A stretch of 64,000 nt of DNA, from assembly GCA_001724265.1 (NCBI GenBank), contig MEDY01000027.1, forward strand, positions 62,001 through 126,000. The letters are read 5' to 3'. Position numbers and translations under genes: made by a program. Below are positions 23,495-32,800 of the stretch, piece by piece; the stretch's first letter is position 1; each line of letters opens with the position of its first letter. Source of the DNA: Rhizaria sp. SCN 62-66. Lineage: Eukaryota. The notes under the pieces were generated by a model. That model was not told the DNA's origin, made no database searches, and saw nothing but the letters and a program-made list of their open reading frames with translations.

Positions 23495-23857
23495 GCTCTG
23501 AAACTCCGACGACTATTTGAAAGCGCCCAGGCGCAATATGTAGTTATTTTCTTCCAGTGATCATGACCATTGTAGCTGTTTATGTTCAAGATCAAGATAC
23601 ACAGTACTTTTCTCTTTATTGTCGTTCTGCTTTTGAAACTATTCAGACAAACTGTATTAAAATCTTGTGAATTGCACACACAATATGTGCAAACATTCTG
23701 CGAAATAAAATAAAAAAAGATGAATTACGAGACAAAAGAAAAATATATTGTTATGACAACTGCAATTGTTTGTAATACAGACACGGAATGTTATATTTTT
23801 GGATTTAACTTTGTGCACTGACGGCGGTTATGTGGTGTTAACTAAAATATTGACTAT

Positions 23858-26800
23858 TTACTGTTGGGACACACTGATTTTGATGCGCTCCTCGTCGCTA
23901 AGCCCGCCAATGGGCACGTTGGCGTGCTGCCCGAAGCGGCGCACCAGCGGCGACAGCAGCATGCCCTGCGTCATCTGCGTGTTGCTCATCTGCGTGCTGC
24001 CGCCCGCCGCAATGGGGCTGGGGCCGCCGCGCGGGGACGGCGCGGGCGACAGACGCTGCTCCAGCGCGGCCGCGCTCGCAGGCACAGGCGCGGGCATCAG
24101 CATGCCGGGGGGCAGCGCCATCGCCGCTCCTGCGGGGGCCTTGGGCGGCAGGCCGCGCTGCGCAACCGCGTGCGCGCTAGCGCTGGCGCGCGTGGGCGTC
24201 TGCTGCGCGGCGCGCTCAGCGGCGCGGGCCTTGGCGGCATTGGCGGCGGCAATGGCCGCGGCGGCGCGCTTGGCGGCGGCCTGTGGCGACGGCGGCACGT
24301 AGCCGACGCGGCCCGGCATTCCCGCGACGTTGCCTGCCGCCGAGGGGTTCTGCGTCACGACGACGACTTGTGCGCGCGGCGACGGCGCGGCGTGGCGCGG
24401 CGACGGAGCGCTCTGGCGAGGGGACATGGCCGCGCTGCCGGGCCGCGAGCCCAGCGGACTGGGGCCCGACGCGCGCGGCGAAGGTACGACACTGCCGCCG
24501 GCACCGCCGATGGCGACGGAAAGCGCGGTGGGGCGCATCATAGTCATCATCGACGGCGCGGCGTCCACGGTGACGTCCAACGCGGCGGGCGCGCGGCGCG
24601 GCGTCGAAGGCCCCGACGCGGCCGGCGCGGCAGACGCATAATTGCCGTGCGCGGAGCCCGCGCTGGGGCTGGAGCGCGCGCTGGGGACGCGGCTGCCGCG
24701 GGGCGACGCGGCAAGGCTGTGGCTAACGCCGTGGCGCACGGTGGGCGGGACGTAGCTCGCGGAGCCGTAGCCGCTGGACGCCACGTAGGCGTTGCGCGGC
24801 GAGCTGGCGGGGCGCGCCGGGTGCGCGGCCTGCGCGGGCGGGCGCGGCGACGACACGACGCCGGTGACGATGCCGGTGTGCGTCATAACGGCCTCGGTTA
24901 CAACGATGCCCGCGGAGCGTGGAGCCAAGTCCTCGTCCCCCGCGGCCGCAAAGGCCGCAGAGCCGCGCAGCGAATTGGTGCCCTTGACGCCGAATGACGT
25001 TGTCACGGGCCCCGGCACGGGCAGGGGGTGCGCGAGAGCGTGCGGCAGGTGGCCCGTGGACGAGGCCACAGACGAAGGCCGGGGCGCCACGTCCGCCGGC
25101 ATCCGCGGCAGGTTCTGCGACAGCGCCGGCGCGCGGAGCCCGTTGAGCCCGTGCAGCGCGCGAAGAGGAATCATCGGCGTGCCCGTGCGCTCGTCGCCGT
25201 AGGGGTCGTGTGGGTACGCCAGCAGCTCGGGCTCGTCGCCGTCGTCGAAGCCCGCCGCCACGGCCGCGGCCGCGTGCGCCGCCTGCGCCGCCGCCTCGCA
25301 TTCAGCCGCCGCGCGCGCCGCCGCGGTATCGTCGGCGGCGTCTGCCTCGGCCTCGGCCACGAGCGCATCAAACGCGCCTTCGCCGTCCAGGTACGACAAC
25401 ACGGCCTGCTGCGCCGCGGCGGCCGCGGCGGCCTGTTCCGCGCGGCGCACCAGCTCGTCCTCGCGCGCGGCCGCAGCCTGCTGCGCCAGCTCAGCCTCGG
25501 CCTCGGCGGCGGCCTGCGCGGCCTCCTCGGCAGCGCGCTCGGCGGCGGCCTGGCGCTGCGCCTCGGCCTCAGCCTCAGCATCAGCCTTGGCCTTGGCCTC
25601 AGCTTCGGCGGCGGCGGCCGCAGCAAGCGCAGCGAGCTCTGCCTGGGCAGCGGCGAGCTCAGCGGCAACCTTTTCGGCGAGCGCTTCGGCGTTAGCAGCA
25701 GCCTTGGCGGCGGCAGCCTCGGCAGCGGCGGCCTCAGCGATAGCAGCCTCCTCGGCAGCAGCCAACTCAGCGGCGGCCTGCTTGATCTCTACCTCGGCTT
25801 CGGCCTCAGCAGCAGCATCGGCATCGACATCGGCATCGGCATCGGCATCGGCATCGGCATCGGCATCGGCATCGGCATCGGCATCGGCATCGGCATCGGC
25901 ATCGGCATCGATGGGCTCGTCGACGACGTAGCCGACCTCCTCACTCTCGTCCTCGGCAGCGGCCACAGCGTCCCCCTCTGCGGTCGCAACAGCGGCGTCG
26001 CCTTCATTGTCGGTAAGGATTATGTCGCCCTCGTCAGCGGCAGGCGCAACGTCACCCTCGGCGGCGAGATCGCCCTCGTCGGCGGCAATCACATCGACCA
26101 TGGCGTCGCCCTCGGCTACAGCGTCCGCAGCGGCGTCGACAACCGCGTCAACAGCCGCGTCGGCAGCCGCATCATCGCACACCACGTACACAGGGTCAGC
26201 GGCGTCCACGGCGTCGCTCTGCTCCTCTTCAGGGATTGTGGCAGGCGCGAAGCTGCGGCGGCGCGCGGCGGCGGCGTCGGCGGCCTCCTCGGAGTCCTCC
26301 TCGTCCTCGCCACCGCTCTCGTCTACGGACTCGAGACCCTGGCCCACCACGGGCGACAGCTGTCGCTCCTCCATGAAGACCTCAAACGCGCGCTGCGCCT
26401 TGGTCGTGTCCTGTACTGGCACGGCCTCGTCCTCGCTCTCGCAGTCCTCGTCCTCGGCCAGAGCCGCGTCGTCCGCGCTCGCGTTGAGCCCGGCGGCGAC
26501 GCGCCGCATGCGCGCCGCGCGTCGCTCGCGCTCGGCGGCCTCGCGCTCCTCTTCCTGCGCGCGCAGCACCTCGGCCGCAGCCTCGGCGTCGGCCACGGTC
26601 GCGTCGGCGGCCTCGAGTCGCGCCATCAGGTCGCGCACAGTCGGCACCACCGCGCTCAGCCCGATCGTTTTCATGCGGCTCTCGCGGGCAGCCACGGCCG
26701 CGGCGGCGCGCGCGGCGTCGCGCTCAGTCAGTAGCGCATCGCGCTCGCGCGTCAGCGCGGCCACTGTCGCACGCGCGTCAGCCAGACGCGCCGAGAGCTC

Positions 26801-29800
26801 CTCCAACTTGGAGCGCATCATCGTCTGCGCGCGCGCCCAGCCCGCCGCGGTCGGCGCGCCGGGCTCTGCCGCCGTGACTACATACGCGGGCGCGGCGCGA
26901 AGAGCGGCCAGCTCTTGCTCGCACTTGGCGAGCGCGGCCGCCGCGGTCTCAGCAGCCTTGGTGGCGGCTGCGGCCTGCTCTTCAGCGGCCACGCGCATGG
27001 CATCAGTCTGGGAAACCTGAATCACGCTCTTGTCATCAGCCGCAGCGGCGTCGGCGACCTGCGCGGTCGATGACGCGGCCCACTCGTCGCGCTCGCGCGC
27101 CGCGCTCTGGGCGGCCTCACGCGCCGCAGCCAGTGCGGCCGCGGCCTCGGTGGCGGCCAGCTCGGCGGCCTCGCGCGTCGCGTCCGCGTGCATCATGGCC
27201 GTCGCAGCGTCAGCACGGGCTTCGGCGGCCTCGAGCCGAGCGGCCTCGGCCAGCGCGGCGAACTCATCCGCACGCGCCTCGGCAGCCGACAGCGCCAGCA
27301 GCGCCGAGGCCGCGTCAGTCTCGGTCGTATGCAGCTGCGCGGAATGGTCCAGCGCGTGAGCCGCGGCCACGACCTCGGCCGTGTCGAGCGCGCCCAGTGC
27401 GGAGCCCGCATCGGCGGCCGCGGCCTCGGCGGCGGCCTGCGCGGCGGCCAGCTCGGCCTCGAGCGCGGGCACGCGCGTGGACTGCAGGTGCTCCAGCTCG
27501 GCCAGCGCGGTCGCGGCGTCGCTCTCGGCCCGGGCCAGCTCGGCGCGCAGCTGCTCCAGGCTCTGCGCCTCGGCCTCGCGCGCCGCGGCGCGGTCCGCAG
27601 CGACGGCTGCCTCGGCGGCGGCGGCGCGCTCGCTCGCGGCCTCGAGCTTGTCAGCGGCCTCGGCGGCGGCCTCCTCGGCGGCGCGCAGCGACTGCTGCAG
27701 CCCGGCGACGGTCTCGTGCAGCGCAGCGACCTCGCGTTCCGCCACCTCCGCGCGGGCGCTCGCGGCGGCGTCGAGCTCGCGCTTCTCCGCGTCTGCCTTA
27801 AAGGCGGCGACGCGCTCCTGCTCGCGCGCGAGCGCGTCGCGCGTCTCGACGAGGTCTGCCTCGGCGGCGACAAACTGCTCCTCGGCCGCGGTCAGCAGCG
27901 CGCGCAGCTCTGCACCCTGAGCAACAGCCTTGTCTGCCTCGCCCGCACCGTCCTGCTCGGTGCGGTCCGCGGCGGCCGTGGCGGCGGCCAGCTCGACCTC
28001 GAGCTCGGCGACGCGCGCGAGTGCGGACTCCAGGTCGGCGGCCTGCTCGTTGCAGAGTGCCTCGTACGCCTCGGCCTCGGCATCGCGCGCCAGTACGGCG
28101 CTCTGCAGCCGCGCGACCTCGTCGGCCACGGCGGCCCACTCCTGCGCCACGACCGCGGGTAGCGCCGCGGACTCGGCAGCAGGCGGCGGCGTCGTGCGCT
28201 GCGGGGGCGTCGCGCGCGGCGGCGTCGAGGGCGGCGAGCCGGCGCCGTTGTAGTCGTCGTCATCGGAATCGTGAGCAGAGGGCGAGGCCGGGCGCATCCG
28301 CTGCGCGCGGAAGTCGTCGACCTGCTGCGTGGCCTGCGCCAGCTCCCAGCGGAGCCGCTCAATCTCGTCCTCGGCGCTCTCGGCGGCGGCCAACTTGGCG
28401 TCGCCCTCGGTCAGCGCCTCCTCGAGCGCCTGTTCGGCCGCCGCGCGCTGCGCCATCACGGTCTCGAGCAGAGCGTCCATCTCGCGCAGCGTGGCCGCCG
28501 CGGCGTCAGCGGCCTCGGCCAGCCGTGCAGACTCCTCCTCAGCTGCGGCGGCGATCAGGTTCGACGTCGTCGCCGCACGCTCCAGCGACGCGATGCGCGC
28601 CGTGGCCCGCGAGAGCTCCGCGTGCAGCGCCTCAGCGCCGCTGGCGGCCGCGTCGTCACCTGCGGGGATGATCTCCGTCGCCGCCAGCGTCGAGTCGTCG
28701 TGCGTGAGGAACGAGAAGTGCGTCGGCTTCGGCGGCGAGAGGGTGATCGACGCCGGCGCCGCGGCCACCTGCGGATGCGGCAGCCCCATTTCGTCGCCGC
28801 CGTCAGTGGCCACCGACCGCACGTCGCCGCTGCGCGCGCGTGTCAGCTTAGTCGACATCGCCGTCGGCGGCGAGCGCGAACTGGGGCCCGCGCTGGCGTA
28901 GAGGTTGACTTCGTCGCCCAGTTCCAGCTCGTCCTCGTCACCGTCTCCCTCACCGCACGCGCCACCGCGCTGCTGCCGCAGCTCCGCCTCGAGCGCGGCC
29001 TCACGCGCGGCCGCGGCGGCGCGCTCGTACTGCCGCTCGACAACCAGCCGTGCGCACTCGCGCTCAGCCTCGCCCAACGCGTTTTCGGCCATCGCAGCGC
29101 GAGCCAAGGCCTCCTCAGCGATGGCGTCAGCAGGTACCGGCGCGGCCTCAAGCTCGGCCAGCGCCGCGCGCAGCATCGCGATCTCGTCCGCAGCGGCCTC
29201 ACGCTCGCAGGCGGCCGCGGCAGCGTCGCCCTCGGCCAGCACGGCCGCACGCCGCAGCGCCTCGCACTCGCTCTCGGCCGCGGCCGCGCGCGCCTCGCTC
29301 TCGGCGAGCGTCGACACGGCCTCCTGTGCATCCGTCTCCGCAGCCGCGGCGTCCATCGCGGCGCTCTCGGCGGCGGCGGCGGCGCGCGCGGCGGCGGCCT
29401 CGGCCTCCTCAGCCAGTTCGGCGCGCGCAGCGTCAAGCGCAGCGCGGGCCAAATCAAGCTCTTGTTCGGCATCGGCGACGCGCGCTGCGAGCTCGGTGGC
29501 TTCGCCACGCGCGGCTTCGGCAGCGGCGGCCAACGCGGCCGTCTCTTCCTCGTGCGCGGCCATAGCGGCCTCAAGCGCGGCCTCTGCTTCGGCACGCGCA
29601 GCTTCGGCGTCAGCTAAGGCGGCCTCTGCAGCGGCGGCGCGCGCGGACCAGGAGTTGGCCTCCTCGCGCGCGGCCAACGCCAGCGCCTCCGCAGCGGCCG
29701 CAGCCTCAGTGGCGGCGACTAGCTCAGCGGTATCGTCGCCGCGCATCGCGGTAGCAACCTCGCGCGCGGCCTCGGCGTCGGCGCACACGGCATGCGCGGC

Positions 29801-32800
29801 AGCGGCGCGGTCCTCAGCATCGGCCAGCGCGGCCTCAGCGACGACGCGCTCAGCCTCAGCCTCAGTGGCGCGCTGCTGCAGCTGCGCGTTCTCCTCGCGG
29901 AGCGCGGCGCACTGTGCCTCGGCGTCGTCGCGGGCCAGCGCAGCCGCGTCGAGCGCCTCGCGGCCCTCGGCGTCAGCGTCCGCGCCCGCGGCCATGGCGG
30001 CGCTCGCCCACTGGTCGCGCTGGGCGCGCGCCGCGGCGAGGTCCTCCTGGCTCTGCTGCAGCGCGGCCGCCAGCTCCGCCAGCGACACCGCGGCCTCCTG
30101 CGCGACGCCCGTGTCAGCCGTCACGCGCGCCAGCTCCGCCAGCACGGCGTCGCGCGTCGCCTCGGCCACCGTGGCCTCCTCCTTGGCAGCCGCGGCCGTC
30201 GCCAGAGCGTCCTGCGCCGCTGCCTCGTGCGCCGAGAGCTGCTCCGCCGCGCGAGCCACCGCGGCCCACGTGTCGGCCTCGCGCGCGGCAGCCTCAGCGG
30301 CCTCTGCGCGCTCGGCGGCCAGCACCGCCGAGCTGGTTTCCTCGGCCGCGGCGGCCGTTGCGGCGGCGGCAGCGGCGGCGAGTGCACAGGCCTCGGCGCT
30401 ATCGTTGACGGCGTCGTCGCGCGCCTGTTCGGCCTCGGCACGCGCGGCCGCGGACTCGGACTGCGCCTGCAACGCCGCCACGAGCGCCGACTCGAGCGCG
30501 GCACGCTCCACCTCGGCCGCGGCGGTCTGCGCGGAGGCGGCGGCGCAGCGCTCTTCAGCCGCGGCCAGCGCGTCGCGCAGCTCGCCGCACTGCGCGTTGG
30601 CGGCGGCGATCTGCTCCGCCGACAGTGCCAGCAGCTCGCGCAGCTCGGCCGCCTCCTCCGCGCTCAGCGCACCAGTCTCGGCCACGGCGCCCGACTCGGC
30701 CGCAACGTTTGCCTGCGCGGCCTGGTAGTCGGACAACGCGGTCTCCACGGCCGCCAGCGCGTCGGCGGCGGCGGCAGCCTTGTTGCGCGCCTCCTCCTCG
30801 GCGTCGTTGGTCTGTTGCACCCACGCCAGAGCGTCCTGCAGCCCCTTCTCGGCCGCCACGGCGCGCGCCTCGGCTGCGTCCGCGCGCTCAGTCTCGCGCT
30901 CCGCCGCGGCCTCGGCCGCCTCGGCGCGGATCACGGTGTGCTTGAGCTCGCGCTGCAGCTCCTCCTGTGCAGCGGCGTCGGGCGCCGCCGCAGTTTGCGT
31001 CTCAGCAACCTCAAGGCGCTGCAGCACGTCGTCGAGCGAGCGCTCAAGCTGTGCGGCGCGCTGCTCCGCGCGCTCGCGGTCTGCCAGCGCGGCCTCGGCG
31101 GCGGCGCGGTCGAGCTGCGCCGCTGCCTCGAGCAACCGTGCCGTCTCGGCCAGCTCCGCCACCTGCTGCAGCGCAACCGAGCGCGCCGCCTCGGCCGCCG
31201 AGGCCTGCGTCGCGGCCCGCAGCGCGGCCTCCTCGAGCTCGTCGGCGCGCGCCTGCAGACGGGCCTCCTCGGCTCCGCGCGCGGCCTGCGCGGCGTCGGC
31301 GCGCTGCTCGGCGTCTTGCGCGCGTGCCACAGCCGCGGCCTTGCCCTCGAGCGCGTCGGCGACGAGCAGCGTCGTCGCGTTCACGTTGTCCTCCAGCGCG
31401 CCCACGGCAGCCTTAAGCTCCTCGTTCTCCCGCGCCGCGCGCGCGCGCTCGGCCCCGACGACGGCGACTTCGCGCTCCGCCGCGGCGCCGCGCGCCGTCA
31501 GCAGCGCATTCTTCTCCTGCAGCGCCGCCAGCGAGGCCCGCAGCGTTTCGGCCGCGGTCTGCACGGCCGGCGCCTGCTCCTCGAACAGACGCACCTTCTC
31601 GCTCAACGCCACGCCGCGGATCGCGGCCTCCTCGGCGCGCGCCTCGGCCGCGGCCAGCGCCTGCGAGAGCGCCTGCTGCTCGGCCGCCGCGCGCGCCTGC
31701 GCCTCGGCGAGCTGGCGCACGGACTCGGCCGCGGCCGCGGCATTCTCGCGCGCCGCCGCGGCCAGCGCGTCGCCGAACTGCGTCTCGGCGGCCTCGGCGG
31801 CGGTTGCGGCAGCGGCCTGCAGCGCGGAGATCTCCTGCGCGTGCTGCTCCAGCAGCCGCTGCGAAAGCGCGCCGATGGCGCGCGCATGCGCGTCCTCGGC
31901 AGCGGTCGCGGCGGCGCGGTGCGCGGCGGCGTCGGCGTCGTGTAGCCCGCTCACCAGCGCCACCTGCGCCTGGCACTGCGCGATCGCCTCGTCGCGCGCG
32001 ACGCGCAGCGCAGCCGCAGCCGTGTCGAAGCGCTCACGCGCGGCCGCCATGGCGGCGTCGTGCTGCGACTGCACGCGCGCAGCGGCGTCGGCAGCGGTGC
32101 GCTTCAGAGCGGCGACGTCGGCCGCAGAGCGTGCCACAGCGGCGCGCGCGCGGGCCTCAGCGGCCTTAGCGCGCTGCTCCAGCTCGGCCGCGGCGGCAGC
32201 GTGCTCGCGCTCCTGCTCCGCCGCGGCGCTCGCGGCGGCAGCGTTGGCGGCGGCAATGGCGGCCCGCGCCTCCTCGGCGGCCGCAGACTGCGCCTCCGCG
32301 GCAGCCTCGTCGGCGTCGACGAGCTCCTTAGCCAGCGCAGCGCGACGGCGCTCGAGCGCGGCAAACTCCTCCGCGTGCGCGGTCTGCGCGGCCTCGAGCG
32401 CAGCCACGGCGCGCGCCACGGCGGCGTCGCGATCGGCGCCCGCGGTCGCGACCGCGCGGTCCGCCACAGCGCGTTCGCGCAGGGCGCGCGCGGACACGCG
32501 CTCGGCGTCCTCGGCGGCGGCCGTGGCGCGGGCCTCGGCGGCGGCCACGCGCGAGCGCAGCGGCAGGGTCGCGGCGACGGCGTGCGCATCGGCCGCGCGC
32601 GCAGTCTGCGCCAGCCCGGTGAAGGCGGCCGAGAGCGCGGCGTGCACGGCGACGTAGGGCGACAGCAGCGTCGACAGCGTGCTCAGCGGCGACACTGATG
32701 CGGATTCGCTAGCGACCACGGCCGCGGCCGTCAGGTGCGGCAGCGCAGGAGTGGTCACGGCGGCGCCATCCGCGGCCGCGGCCACGGCGGCATCGGCCAT

